Shown: piece after piece, positions 54,037-63,590 of the stretch
Layout: each line of letters opens with the position of its first letter
Numbering within the stretch: position 1 is the stretch's first letter
Made by a program: the position numbers and the translations under genes
Source: Candidatus Methylomirabilia bacterium
GTDB taxonomy: Bacteria > Methylomirabilota > Methylomirabilia > Rokubacteriales > CSP1-6
Length of the DNA stretch: 64,000 bases
Direction of reading: 5' to 3'
NCBI GenBank assembly: GCA_041496385.1
Contig: JBGQEL010000006.1
Coordinates: 222 to 64,221 of the forward strand
The notes under the pieces: generated by a model
Told to the model about the DNA's origin: nothing
Database searches by the model: none
The model's input: only the letters and a program-made list of their open reading frames with translations

Positions 54037-54038
54037 CT

Positions 54039-54980
54039 CTAGAGGTACTGGCCGTAGCGGATCTTCTCGACCACCACGCGGACGCCCTTGTAGGCGTCGA
54101 TCGCCTCGAGCAGGTTCTCGGTCGTCACGAGCGTGGCGGGCGCACCGGCGGCGGCCGCGTGCACCTTCGCCTCGAGGGCGCGCTTGACGATCACGGAGAT
54201 GTCGGCCCCGCTCATGCCGCCCATCACGGGCAGCACCTTGCGATACTCGATCGGCTCGAACAGCGGGCGGCCCGCGTTCTTCTCGGTGCGGATCCGCACC
54301 AGCTCGAGGATCTCGCGCTGGCCGTCCGGATCGGGCAGCGCGACCTCGATCAGGTGGTCCAGGCGGCCCGGCGCCACGAGCGCCGGGTCGAGCGCGTCGG
54401 TCCGCGTCGTCGCGGCGACGACGAGGACGCGCGCGTCGGCCGCCACGGCGTCGAGCTTCTCGCAGAGCGCGGCGACCAGCCGCGCGCTCGCCTCGCGGGC
54501 CTGGGGCGGCGGTAGCAGGTGCTCGAGCGAGAGCGCCTCGGCCTCGTCCAGGAAGAGCACGCCCTTCCCCTCGCCCATCGCGATACGGAGGATCTCCTGG
54601 AGGAGCTCGCCCGTGTTGGCGCCGAACTTCGAGGTGAGGTTCGTCAGCTTGAGGTGGTAGAAGATCGCGCCCGAGGCGGTCGCGAGCGCGTGCGCGAGCT
54701 TGGCCTTCCCGGTGCCCGGCGGTCCGTAGAGCAGGAGCCCCCTGGGCGGCGTGATCCCCCACCGCCCGAAGACGTCGGGGTCGGTGAGCGCGACGGCGAA
54801 GCCGCGCAGCGTGGCCTTGGCCTGCGGGACGCCGCCGATGTCGTCGAACGTGACCGTCGGCCGGATCTTCGTCTCGACGCGGCCGGTGAGGTCGCCGAAC
54901 TTCTCGCCGAGCTTCACGAAGACGTCCTCCAGCCGCCGCTGGAGCGCCCACTCCTGGCTGTTGGGTTCGGGCTCGGCCAT
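54039..54980 (-). CDS. AAA+ ATPase (classical AAA clade; FtsH/CDC48-like module)
   Basis: The Walker A reads GPPGTGKAK, where the usual T/S is replaced by A. The Walker B is VLFLDEAEA, and sensor-1 and the arginine finger are present (ATTRTDALDPALVAPGRLD). Confidence 0.85.
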   Translation of the reverse strand: MAEPEPNSQEWALQRRLEDVFVKLGEKFGDLTGRVETKIRPTVTFDDIGGVPQAKATLRGFAVALTDPDVFGRWGITPPRGLLLYGPPGTGKAKLAHALATASGAIFYHLKLTNLTSKFGANTGELLQEILRIAMGEGKGVLFLDEAEALSLEHLLPPPQAREASARLVAALCEKLDAVAADARVLVVAATTRTDALDPALVAPGRLDHLIEVALPDPDGQREILELVRIRTEKNAGRPLFEPIEYRKVLPVMGGMSGADISVIVKRALEAKVHAAAAGAPATLVTTENLLEAIDAYKGVRVVVEKIRYGQYL

Positions 54981-54985
54981 CGGCG

Positions 54986-55525
54986 TCAGATGGACGGGCC
55001 GCGAGGCGACCGCGGGCTCCCGCCCAGATCGAAGACGCGGTCCTCGACGAGCACCGGCGCCTTGGCGCGGATCGCCAGCGCGATCGCGTCCGAGGGCCGC
55101 GAGTCGAGCTGCAGCTCGGTGCCGCCCGCCGTGAGGTAGACCGTTGCATAATAGACGTCGTCGCGGAAGTCGTTGATGACGACGCGGTTGAGCGTCACCT
55201 TGAGGCGACCGAAGAGCGTCAGGAAGAGATCGTGCGTGAGCGGCCGGGGCGGCGTCACGCCCTGGAGCGGGATCGCGATGCCGACCATCTCCGGGAGCCC
55301 GATCACCATCTGGAGGCTGCGCCGATCGCGCTTGCCCTGGAGCACCACCACGGGCTGCTGCGTGAGCTGGTCGAGCACGACGGCGACGACCTCGACCTCC
55401 TGCGGTCCCGCCGCCTTCGGCGGCGTCACCTCGGCGCCGCCGGGCGCCAGGTGCGCGGGCTCGGGCGCGCCGAGCAGCACCGCGCCCAGGAGCGCGATCG
55501 AGACGTAGCGAGCGTGTCGCGTCAT
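54986..55525 (-). CDS. Bifunctional nuclease family protein (DUF151)
   Basis: The sequence VLDQLTQQPVVVLQGKRDRRSLQMVIGLPE...SRPSDAIALAIRAKAPVLV is the DUF151 pattern. A signal or TM region lies at the N-terminus. Confidence 0.65.
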   Translation of the reverse strand: MTRHARYVSIALLGAVLLGAPEPAHLAPGGAEVTPPKAAGPQEVEVVAVVLDQLTQQPVVVLQGKRDRRSLQMVIGLPEMVGIAIPLQGVTPPRPLTHDLFLTLFGRLKVTLNRVVINDFRDDVYYATVYLTAGGTELQLDSRPSDAIALAIRAKAPVLVEDRVFDLGGSPRSPRGPSI

Positions 55526-55563
55526 GCGGCGCCGCCTCCCCTCACGATGGGAGGGAGTCTAGC

Positions 55564-56733
55564 CTATTTCTCGTCGAGTTTCAGGGCGAGGGACGCGCCG
55601 AAGAAGAGAAGCGACGTGAGGAGCATCCACATGAACGCGTAACCGACCGCGTGCGTCACGTAACCGAAGACGAACGCGCCCGTCGTCTGGCCGGCGAGGA
55701 ACACCGCGCTGAAGATGCCGACCACGACGCCCCGCCGCGTCTCGGGCGTCCGGTCGGTGACGAGCGCGGCGAGGCCGGGATAGAGGAATCCGTGGCCGCC
55801 GCCGAGCATGAGCCCCGCGAGGAAGAGCACCGGCACGACGGGCGTCGCGGAGGTCCGGCTCACGAGGAAGCCGACCGCCGCGAGGAGCGTCGTCGCGGCC
55901 GCCTGGACGAACATCGACGGCACGATCACCGCGCGCCGGCCGTGCGTGTCCGAGAGGCGCCCGCCGAAGACGCGGACGCCGATCGCGGAGAGGGAGAACG
56001 CGGTGAAGAACACCGCGAGCGTCCGCACGCCCACCTCCTCGGCGAAGGTCGGCAGGAAGACGAAGATGGTGCCGGCCCCGAGGCCGAAGAAGAACGTCAC
56101 GGCCATGCTGAGCTGGAACGCCTCGGCCAGCCCGCCACGCTCCCAGATGAACCCGCGCACCGGCAGCGTCCCCTCGCGCCCGCGCTCGCGCAGGCCCCAG
56201 ACGAAGAAGCCCGCGACGGCCATCATTGCCGCCGCCCCGGCGAAGAGCGGGCGGAAGCCGAAGTAGCGGATCGTCCACTCGCCGATGAGCGGCGCCACCG
56301 CGGTGCCGACGAGCCCCGCGACGCCGTAGATGCCGAGCGCCCAGCCCCGCTGCGCCTGCGGCACGAGGTCGATCACGTAGGAGTAGTTCGCGACGAAGAA
56401 GCAGGAGAAGCCGAGTCCCTGGAGCACGCGGACGAAGGCGAGCAGGCCGATCGAGGGCGCCACCGTCGCCAGGATCGCCGCCGCGAGGGCGAGCGCGGCG
56501 CCGGCCAGCATGAAGGGCCGGCGGCCGAGCGCGTCGACCCACGGGCCGATGAGCGGCTGGCAAAGAATGCCGACCGCGTTGTAGACGCCCATGACCATGC
56601 CGACCTCGACCTCCGTGCCGCCGAGATTCTTGATGTAGAGCGGCAGGAGGAGGAAGCCGTTCATGCCGAGGAAGAAGAAGAAGTTGGTGACCGTCGCCCG
56701 AACGAAGAGATTGTCGTTTAGAATGGACGGCAC
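55564..56733 (-). CDS. MFS transporter
   Basis: A 389-aa protein with 12 TM helices and an MFS motif (GPWVDALGRRP). Confidence 0.8.
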   Translation of the reverse strand: MPSILNDNLFVRATVTNFFFFLGMNGFLLLPLYIKNLGGTEVEVGMVMGVYNAVGILCQPLIGPWVDALGRRPFMLAGAALALAAAILATVAPSIGLLAFVRVLQGLGFSCFFVANYSYVIDLVPQAQRGWALGIYGVAGLVGTAVAPLIGEWTIRYFGFRPLFAGAAAMMAVAGFFVWGLRERGREGTLPVRGFIWERGGLAEAFQLSMAVTFFFGLGAGTIFVFLPTFAEEVGVRTLAVFFTAFSLSAIGVRVFGGRLSDTHGRRAVIVPSMFVQAAATTLLAAVGFLVSRTSATPVVPVLFLAGLMLGGGHGFLYPGLAALVTDRTPETRRGVVVGIFSAVFLAGQTTGAFVFGYVTHAVGYAFMWMLLTSLLFFGASLALKLDEK

Positions 56734-56746
56734 ACACGATTATTGC

Positions 56747-57610
56747 ATGACGACGATAGACACCGTACTGCGGCGGTCGCTCGAGGGCCGCGGCGGCGAC
56801 TTCGTGCTCACCCTCGATGGGGCGTTCCAGGGCCTGCCCGAGACGGCGCACGGTGGTTCGGTGCTCGCGGCATTCGACGCGCTCGCGGACCTGACCGCGC
56901 CCCGCGCGGTCAGCGGCGTCTACCGCAAGCGCGTGCCGCTCGGCACGCCGCTCCGGCTCGCCGTGGGCCGCGACGACGGCGCCCACACGTTCGTCCTGCG
57001 CGACAAGGACTCGGTGCTGGTCGACGGCCGTGTCGCGCCGGCAGCGGACGACGGCGGGCCGGTGATGCGGCATCCCCTCGGCGAACGCCGCATCCCCGGC
57101 GCGGGGCATTCGCTGCCCCTCTCGCACACGTGTTTCGCGTGTGGCGTCGACAATCCGCTCGGGCTGCGCGTACGGCTCGAGTTCGACGAGTCCGAGGTCC
57201 GCGGCGCGTGGGAGCCGCGCGAGAACTTCCGCGCGGCCGGCGGCGCGCTCGCGACGGCGGCGCTCACGACGCTGCTCGACGAGGCCGCGTTCTGGCTCGG
57301 CGCGCTCGCCAGCGGCGAGTCGGGCATGACGACCGACCTCCGCGTCTCGCTCGGGGGTCCGGTCCCGTTCGGCGCCGCGCTCGTCGTTCGCGGCGACCGC
57401 GCCGCGGTCCGCCCGCACCCCGACGACGGCCGCTACTGGGACACCGAGGTCGTCGCCGCGACGGCGGACGGCCGGCCCGTCGCCTCGGCCCGGGTCACCT
57501 TCGTCGCCGTGCGGGGCGCCGCCCGGCGCCTCGTCACGGGCCTCCTGGCGATGAACGACCCGGACGTGCTGCGCCGGGTCTTTCCCGCGTACGTCCCGGC
57601 GCGCGCGTGA
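56747..57610 (+). CDS. Thioesterase/hotdog-fold protein (PaaI-like); start chosen at MTTIDTV
   Basis: The sequence ...AHGGSVLAAFDALADL...LLDEAAFWLGA shows two hotdog-like segments. The upstream Lys-rich extension overlaps the opposite-strand MFS gene and is discounted. Confidence 0.5.
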   Translation: MTTIDTVLRRSLEGRGGDFVLTLDGAFQGLPETAHGGSVLAAFDALADLTAPRAVSGVYRKRVPLGTPLRLAVGRDDGAHTFVLRDKDSVLVDGRVAPAADDGGPVMRHPLGERRIPGAGHSLPLSHTCFACGVDNPLGLRVRLEFDESEVRGAWEPRENFRAAGGALATAALTTLLDEAAFWLGALASGESGMTTDLRVSLGGPVPFGAALVVRGDRAAVRPHPDDGRYWDTEVVAATADGRPVASARVTFVAVRGAARRLVTGLLAMNDPDVLRRVFPAYVPARA

Positions 57611-57620
57611 CGGGTCCCGC

Positions 57621-58916
57621 GTGACGCTCCGGAGCGCGCGCTGGCTCATGCTCGCCGTCCCCGCGTCGCTCTACGTCTTCTCCTGGGTCCACCGCGTCGC
57701 CCCCGCGGTCGTGGCGACCGACCTGATGCGCGCGTTCGCGATCACCGCCGCCTCGCTCGGCAGCCTCGCCGCCATCTATCCCTACGTGTTCGCCGCGATG
57801 GCGCTCGTCGCGGGGAGCCTCGCCGACACGCTGGGGCCACGCTGGACGATCGCGGCGGGCGGCGTGACGATGGGCGGCGGCGCGGTCGTCTTCGGGCTGG
57901 CGCCGACCTTCGACGTCGCCTTCGCCGGACGGCTCCTCGTCGGGCTCGGCGCCTCGGTGCTGCTCGTGGCCTGGCTGAGCCTCGCCTCGGCCTGGTTCCG
58001 CCCCGACGAGTTCGCGACGATCTCGGGCTGGACGCAGACGGTCGGCAACGTCGGCGCGCTCGCCGCGGCCTCGCCGCTCGCGCTCCTCGTGGAGGCCCTG
58101 GGCTGGCGTCAGACGTTCGTCATGATCGGGGGCGTGACGCTGGTGCTCGCCGTCGTCGCCGCCGGGCTCATCCGCGACCGGCCCGAGGCGCTGGGGCTGC
58201 CGCCCGTCAACACCGAGCGCGCCGGCCGGGCCGCCTCGCTCCGCGACGTGCTTCGCGGCGTGCCCGCCGTCGTCGCGAACCGGCGCACGTGGCCCCCGAT
58301 CCTCGCGGCCGGCGGCGTCTACACGACGCTGATCACCTTCCTCGGGCTCTGGGGCGTGCCGTATCTGACGCAGGTCTACGGCCTCACGCGCGTGAACGCG
58401 GCCACCGTCGTCTCGATGCTCGCCGTCGGCATGGGCGTGGGCTCGCCGGTCGCCGGCTGGCTCTCCGATCGCAAGCTCCGGCGCCGGCGCCTGCCGATGC
58501 TCGTCTTCGCCGCGGTCTACGCGGCCTGCTGGGCGCCGCTCGCGCTCTCCGCCACGACGCGTCTGCCCGCGCCGCTCCTGATCCCGTTCTTTCTCGTGAT
58601 GGGCTTCGCCTCGTCGGGCCTCGTCCTCGTCTGGAGCTGCGTCCGGGAGGTCAACAACCCCGCGCTCGTCGGCATCGCCGTCGGCTTCTGCAACATGCCC
58701 ATCTTCCTCGGCTTCGCGTTGCTCCAGTGGCTGACCGGTGTCATCCTCGACGCGAACTGGAGTGGGCTCATGGCGGGCGGCGCGCGGCTCTATCCGCCGG
58801 CGGCGTACCAGGCGGCCTTCGGTGTCTGCCTCGCCCTCGCCGCGGGCGCCGTGCTCGCCGCCACGCTCATCACCGAAACGCACGGCCGCAACGTCTGGGC
58901 GCCGGCCCGGCACTAG
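57621..58916 (+). CDS. MFS transporter
   Basis: A 431-aa protein with 12 TM helices and a GTG start. Confidence 0.8.
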   Translation: MTLRSARWLMLAVPASLYVFSWVHRVAPAVVATDLMRAFAITAASLGSLAAIYPYVFAAMALVAGSLADTLGPRWTIAAGGVTMGGGAVVFGLAPTFDVAFAGRLLVGLGASVLLVAWLSLASAWFRPDEFATISGWTQTVGNVGALAAASPLALLVEALGWRQTFVMIGGVTLVLAVVAAGLIRDRPEALGLPPVNTERAGRAASLRDVLRGVPAVVANRRTWPPILAAGGVYTTLITFLGLWGVPYLTQVYGLTRVNAATVVSMLAVGMGVGSPVAGWLSDRKLRRRRLPMLVFAAVYAACWAPLALSATTRLPAPLLIPFFLVMGFASSGLVLVWSCVREVNNPALVGIAVGFCNMPIFLGFALLQWLTGVILDANWSGLMAGGARLYPPAAYQAAFGVCLALAAGAVLAATLITETHGRNVWAPARH

Positions 58917-58935
58917 GGAAGGGAGAATCTCGCGC

Positions 58936-60264
58936 ATGCTCCGGATGCGTCACCTGTCGATCGCGCTGCTCCTGGTGCTGCTCATGGCGACGCGCGGCCT
59001 CGCCGCCGACGCGCCGCCGCCGATCGTGTTCGTCCACGGCAACGGCGACAGCGCCGCGCTCTGGATCACGACGATCTGGCGGTTCGAGTCCAACGGCTAC
59101 GATCCGTCGCGGCTCTTCGCGATGAACTTCCCGAATCCCGTGTCGCGGAGCGACGACACCAAGCCACAGCCGAACCGGAGCGGCACCGCCGACCAGCTCG
59201 CCGCGCTCGCGGCGAGGATCGCCGAGATCCGGGCCTCGACCGGCGCGCCGCGCGTGGCCCTCATGGGCAGCTCGCGCGGCGGCAACTCGATCCGGAACTT
59301 CATCAGGAACGCGGGCGGCGCGGCCGTCGTGTCGCACGTCGTGCTCTGCGGCGTCCCGAACCACGGCGTCTGGGCGACGGACCGGGACCTCAACAACGAG
59401 TTCAACGGCCGCGGACCGTTCCTGGCGGGGCTCAACGCCGGTGACGAGATCCAGCCGGGCGTCCGCTTCATGACGATCCGCAGCGACCTGAACGACAAGT
59501 ACGCCCAACCCGACGGGCGGTTCATCGGCCGGCCCGGCGAGCCGACCAACGTGACCGCCGAGGGCCCGGAGCTGCGCGGCGCCACGAACGTCGTGCTGCG
59601 CGGCCTCGATCACCGCGAGGTCGCCTTCCACCGCCTCGCGTTCAAGAAGATGTACGCGTTCATCACGAATCGCGAGCCGGAGCGGCTCAGCATCGCCCCG
59701 GAGCCGCGGCCGGTGCTGACCGGCACGGTCAGCGGCTGGGCCGATCGGGCGCCGACGAACCTGCCGCTCGCGGGCGCGACGGTGGAGATCTTCCAGGTGG
59801 ACCCGGCGTCGGGCCGGCGCCTGGGCGAGGTGGTCCACCGGCAGACGACGGGCGCCGCCGGTGTCTGGGGGCCCTTCGCCGCGGCGGACGAGGCCTACTA
59901 CGAGTTCGTGATCGTCGCCGCCGGGTACCCGACGACGCACGTCTACCGGACGCCGTTTCCGCGCTCGAGCCGCCACGTCCACCTGCGCCTCCGGCCGCTG
60001 GACGAGAGCGAGCGGGGCGCCGGCAGCGTCGTGACGCTGACGCGGCCGCGCGGCTATCTCGGCCACGGGCGCGACACGTTCACGATCGACGGCAAGGTGC
60101 CCGACGGCGTACCCGCGGGCGTGCCGACCGCGTCGGAGGCGAGGGCGCGCTTCCCCGAGAGCCCGCCGCGCTCCGTGCGCGTGGTGCTGAACGGCGAGGC
60201 GCTCGGCGTGCTCACCTACCCGCTGGACGGCGGGCACGTGGTCATCGCCGAGTTCCATCGCTAG
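58936..60264 (+). CDS. Secreted alpha/beta-hydrolase-like lipase/esterase with C-terminal beta domain
   Basis: A signal peptide is followed by IVFVHGNGDSAALW...LMGSSRGGN, a lipase-type GxSxG with S replaced (GSSRG), and a beta-rich C-terminal region. Confidence 0.55.
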   Translation: MLRMRHLSIALLLVLLMATRGLAADAPPPIVFVHGNGDSAALWITTIWRFESNGYDPSRLFAMNFPNPVSRSDDTKPQPNRSGTADQLAALAARIAEIRASTGAPRVALMGSSRGGNSIRNFIRNAGGAAVVSHVVLCGVPNHGVWATDRDLNNEFNGRGPFLAGLNAGDEIQPGVRFMTIRSDLNDKYAQPDGRFIGRPGEPTNVTAEGPELRGATNVVLRGLDHREVAFHRLAFKKMYAFITNREPERLSIAPEPRPVLTGTVSGWADRAPTNLPLAGATVEIFQVDPASGRRLGEVVHRQTTGAAGVWGPFAAADEAYYEFVIVAAGYPTTHVYRTPFPRSSRHVHLRLRPLDESERGAGSVVTLTRPRGYLGHGRDTFTIDGKVPDGVPAGVPTASEARARFPESPPRSVRVVLNGEALGVLTYPLDGGHVVIAEFHR

Positions 60265-60267
60265 CGG

Positions 60268-61113
60268 CTACGCCTTGAGGTGCCTGTCGAAGAAGGCGGT
60301 GCAGCGCTTCCAGCCGTCCTCCGCGGCCTCCTTCTTGTAGACCTGCGGCCGGTCGTCCGAGAAGAACGCGTGGGGCGCGCCCTCGTAGAGCACGAACTCG
60401 ACGTTCTTGTTGGTCTTGCGCAGCTCGGCCTCGAAGCGCTTGACGTCCTCGCTCGGGATGCCTTGATCGGCCGCGCCGTAGAGGCCGAGCACGGGCATGG
60501 TGAGCTTCGCCGTGAGGCTGAACGCGTCCACGCCCGGCGCGTCGGGATAGGTGCGCTTGACGTGGCCGTACCACGGCACCGCCGCGGCGACGCCGGGATA
60601 CTCGCCCGAGAAGTGGAGCGTGAGCGCGCCGCCGCCGCAGAAGCCGGTGACGCCGACGCGCTCGGGGCGCGCCCAGGCCTGCTGTTTGGCGTAGTCGCCC
60701 GCGGCGGCGATGTCGCCGAGGTACTGCTTGCGCGTGACGCTGCCCGAGATCTTGGCCATCTCGGGCTGGGCCTTGCCCTGCATCCCGCCCTCGCGGTGGT
60801 AGAGCTCGGGCGCGATAGCATAGAAGCCGGCGTGGGCGAAGCGGCGGACGACGTCCTTGTGGTGCTCGGACATGCCGGTGAAGCCCGAGATCGCGACCAC
60901 GATCGGGTAGCGCCCCTGCTTCTCGGGCCGCGCGTCGTACGCCGGGATCATCGTGCCGCCGACGTTGAGCTGGATGTCGCGCGCGGTGATGCCCTTGGTG
61001 TCGGTGCTGATCGCCTGCGCCAGCGAGATGCCCGGCGTGAGCACGCCGCCGACCGTGGTGAACGCGCCGAACTTCAGGACTTCCCGGCGACTCAGCGGAT
61101 TGGTAGCAGCCAT
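60268..61113 (-). CDS. Dienelactone hydrolase family protein with twin-arginine (Tat) signal
   Basis: The Tat signal is SRREVLKFGAFTTVGGVL. The sequence also contains GFCGGG (a nucleophile elbow with Cys) and HAF. The ribosome-binding site is AAGGAGAG. Confidence 0.85.
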   Translation of the reverse strand: MAATNPLSRREVLKFGAFTTVGGVLTPGISLAQAISTDTKGITARDIQLNVGGTMIPAYDARPEKQGRYPIVVAISGFTGMSEHHKDVVRRFAHAGFYAIAPELYHREGGMQGKAQPEMAKISGSVTRKQYLGDIAAAGDYAKQQAWARPERVGVTGFCGGGALTLHFSGEYPGVAAAVPWYGHVKRTYPDAPGVDAFSLTAKLTMPVLGLYGAADQGIPSEDVKRFEAELRKTNKNVEFVLYEGAPHAFFSDDRPQVYKKEAAEDGWKRCTAFFDRHLKA

Positions 61114-61132
61114 TCGCGCTCTCCTTTAAACG

Positions 61133-61155
61133 GGTCCGCGAGCACGGCGCGGACC
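61133..61155 (-). promoter_or_regulatory. 8-bp GC hairpin (GGUCCGCG-n7-CGCGGACC) between the epoxide hydrolase stop and the ribosome-binding site of the dienelactone hydrolase gene
   Basis: The mRNA reads GGUCCGCGccgugcuCGCGGACC CGUUUAAAGGAGAG..AUG. It may be a weak terminator or attenuator. Confidence 0.3.
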
Positions 61156-61241
61156 GTGGGTGGCCTGAGAAAGATGCTGGTGGCTCCGTCCCTCCAAGAA
61201 CGATCGATCGTATGTCCGGGTTCCCGGCGGGCAGGCCGGCC

Positions 61242-62387
61242 CTACCGCAGGGCGCGGAAGAACGCGCGCACGTCGGCCGCCAGCGCCTCGGGCTCCTCGA
61301 GCGCGGCGAAGTGGCCGCCGGCCTGCATGACCGTCCAGCGGCGGATGTCGTACGTCCGCTCGGCCCAGGCGCGCGGCGGCAGCAGTATCTCGCGCGGGAA
61401 CGCGGCGTAGGCCGTGGGCACCGTGACGCGCTTGCCGTCGGGCAGCGGCCACGGGCGGTGCAGGCGCGCGTAGTAGGGCCAGAACGAGGAGTTGATCGCG
61501 CCGGTCACCCAGTAGAGCGTCACGTTGGTGAGGAGCGTGTCCTTCGAGAAGCGGCGCTCGACATCGCCGCCGCAGTCGCTCCAGGTCCGGAACTTCTCGA
61601 CGATCCACGCGGCGAGCCCGACGGGCGAGTCGGTGAGGCCGTAGGCGAGCGTCTGCGGCTTCGTCCCCTGGATCCACTGGTACCCCGTCTCCTCGCGCAG
61701 CCAGCGCTGGAGCTGCTCCATGTACGCGCGCTCCTCGTCGCTCGGGTTCGCGGGCGCCTCCGGGTCGCGGCGGACTGCGAGGAGGTTCACGTGAATGCCG
61801 GCGAGCCGTTCGGGGTACGCGAGCCCGAGCCGCGAGGTGACGAAGGCGCCCCAGTCCCCGCCCTGCGCGGCGAAGCGGCGATAGCCGAGGACATCGGTCA
61901 TGAGAGCGGCGAAGACGTCGGCCATCTCCTCCACGCCGAAGCGCGGCTGGTTCGGCTTGAACGAGAACCCGTACCCGGGCAGCGAGGGCGCGACGACCGT
62001 GAAGGCGTCGGCGGGGTCGCCGCCGAAGCGCGCGGGGTCGGTCAGCATGGGGATGATCCGCTCGAACTCCACGATGGACCCGGGCCAGCCGTGCGAGAGC
62101 AGCAGCGGCATCGGGTTCGGTCCCACGCCGGGCTCGTGGATGAAGTGGAGGTCGATCTCACCCAGCTCGACCGTGAATTGCTTGAGCCGGTTGAGCCGCG
62201 CCTCGTGGACGCGCCAGTCGTACCGCGCGCGCCAGTACTCGACCAGCTCCTTCATGTAGGCCAGGCTCGTGCCGTAGCGCCAGCCCGCCTCCGGCGGCTC
62301 GTCGGGCCAGCGCACGCGCTCGAGCCGGCCGCGAAGATCGGCCAGCACCGCGTCGGGCACCTGGATGCTGAACGGTCGCGGCGTCAC
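61242..62387 (-). CDS. Epoxide hydrolase (microsomal EH-like alpha/beta hydrolase with N-terminal EHN domain)
   Basis: The N-terminal motif is EPPEAGWRYGTSLAYMKELVEYW. The sequence contains HGWPGS (the oxyanion-hole motif) and GGDWG (the nucleophile Asp). The GTG start overlaps the upstream stop. Confidence 0.85.
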   Translation of the reverse strand: MTPRPFSIQVPDAVLADLRGRLERVRWPDEPPEAGWRYGTSLAYMKELVEYWRARYDWRVHEARLNRLKQFTVELGEIDLHFIHEPGVGPNPMPLLLSHGWPGSIVEFERIIPMLTDPARFGGDPADAFTVVAPSLPGYGFSFKPNQPRFGVEEMADVFAALMTDVLGYRRFAAQGGDWGAFVTSRLGLAYPERLAGIHVNLLAVRRDPEAPANPSDEERAYMEQLQRWLREETGYQWIQGTKPQTLAYGLTDSPVGLAAWIVEKFRTWSDCGGDVERRFSKDTLLTNVTLYWVTGAINSSFWPYYARLHRPWPLPDGKRVTVPTAYAAFPREILLPPRAWAERTYDIRRWTVMQAGGHFAALEEPEALAADVRAFFRALR

Positions 62388-62758
62388 TTCGGGCTCCCCG
62401 CGCCCTGCTTGGCGGCGGCCACCCACGCCTGCCAGTCCTCGGGCGCATGTCCGATCGCCACGCGCGGGCCGCAGCGCACGAGCGGCGTCCTGAGCAGCCG
62501 CGGCTCCGTAAGCGCGCGCTCCAGGAGGCGCTCCGGCGAATCGCCCGCGACGCGCAGGCCGAGCGCCTTGAAGCGCGGGTTCCCGCGGTCGATCAGCGCG
62601 GCGGCGCCGAACTTCTCGGCGAATCGCCGCAGCTCGCCGCGCGCCGCCGGGCGCTCTTTCATATCGACGAAGTGCACGGAGACGCCGCGCTCCTTGAAGA
62701 AGCGCTGGGCCTTGCGCGTCTCCTGGCAATCCGTGAAGCCAAAGATCTGGGCTCTCAT
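62384..62758 (-). CDS. ArsC/Spx family protein (thioredoxin-fold arsenate reductase-like)
   Basis: The sequence begins MRAQIFGFTDCQETRKAQRFFKERGVSVHFVDMKE, with the Cys-x-x-T/S motif at the N-terminus. The protein is 124 aa. Confidence 0.75.
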   Translation of the reverse strand: MRAQIFGFTDCQETRKAQRFFKERGVSVHFVDMKERPAARGELRRFAEKFGAAALIDRGNPRFKALGLRVAGDSPERLLERALTEPRLLRTPLVRCGPRVAIGHAPEDWQAWVAAAKQGAGSPK

Positions 62759-63588
62759 CGGAGAGATTCGACCCGGCTGCGTAGCTCCTGCCAGACGCTT
62801 TCCGGTACCTGCTGCGTCCCCGGGTGCTGGGCGCGGCTGACCTGCGGGCCGTGGAAGTCGGAGCCGCCCGTCGCGACGAGGCCGAGCCGCGCGCACATAT
62901 CCTTGTACGCCGCCGTCTGCGCCGACGAGTGCTCGGGATAGTAGGTCTCGATACCCATGAGGCCGGCCTCCACCAGCTCCGGGATCAGCGCGTCGCGATC
63001 GGCAAGCCCCGGGTGCGCCAGCACGGGCACGCCGCGCGCCCGGCGGATGACGCGCACGGCCTCCACGGGCGTGAGCCGCCGGCGCGGGACGGAGGCGGGG
63101 CCGTTCGCGCCCAGGTACTTGTCGAAGGCCTCGCGCACCGTCTTGACGTAGCCGCGATCGACCATGACCTGCGCGACGTGCGGCCGGCCGGCCGAGCCTT
63201 CCTTCACGAGGGCGAAGACCTCGGCCGGGTCGATCGGCACCCCGAGCTCCGCGAGCCGCTCGGCGATGCGGTAGACGCGCTGGCGCCGCTCCTCACGCTG
63301 CGCCTCGAGGAACTCCTGGAACCATCGCGCCTCCCAGTCCACGCCGTAGCCGAGGATGTGGATCTCCGCGCCCGGGACGTCGCAGTTGATCTCGAGGCCG
63401 GGGACGATCTCGAGCGTCCCGAGCATCCGCGCCTCGTCCATCGCCTCGGGGAGGCCGGACGTGGAGTCGTGATCCGTGACGGCGAGGACGCGGACGCCGT
63501 GGCGGGCCGCCAGGCGCACCAGCGCGCGCGGCGCCAGCGTCCCGTCGGACGCGGTCGTGTGCGAGTGCAGGTCGACCGCGCCGCCCAC
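62755..63588 (-). CDS. PHP-domain phosphoesterase (TrpH/YciV-like)
   Basis: The sequence begins VDLHSHTTASDG and contains AVTDHDS and ...HPG. The GTG start was chosen at SVGGAVDLH. It overlaps the downstream gene by 4 nt. Confidence 0.75.
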   Translation of the reverse strand: MGGAVDLHSHTTASDGTLAPRALVRLAARHGVRVLAVTDHDSTSGLPEAMDEARMLGTLEIVPGLEINCDVPGAEIHILGYGVDWEARWFQEFLEAQREERRQRVYRIAERLAELGVPIDPAEVFALVKEGSAGRPHVAQVMVDRGYVKTVREAFDKYLGANGPASVPRRRLTPVEAVRVIRRARGVPVLAHPGLADRDALIPELVEAGLMGIETYYPEHSSAQTAAYKDMCARLGLVATGGSDFHGPQVSRAQHPGTQQVPESVWQELRSRVESLR

Positions 63589-63590
63589 GC

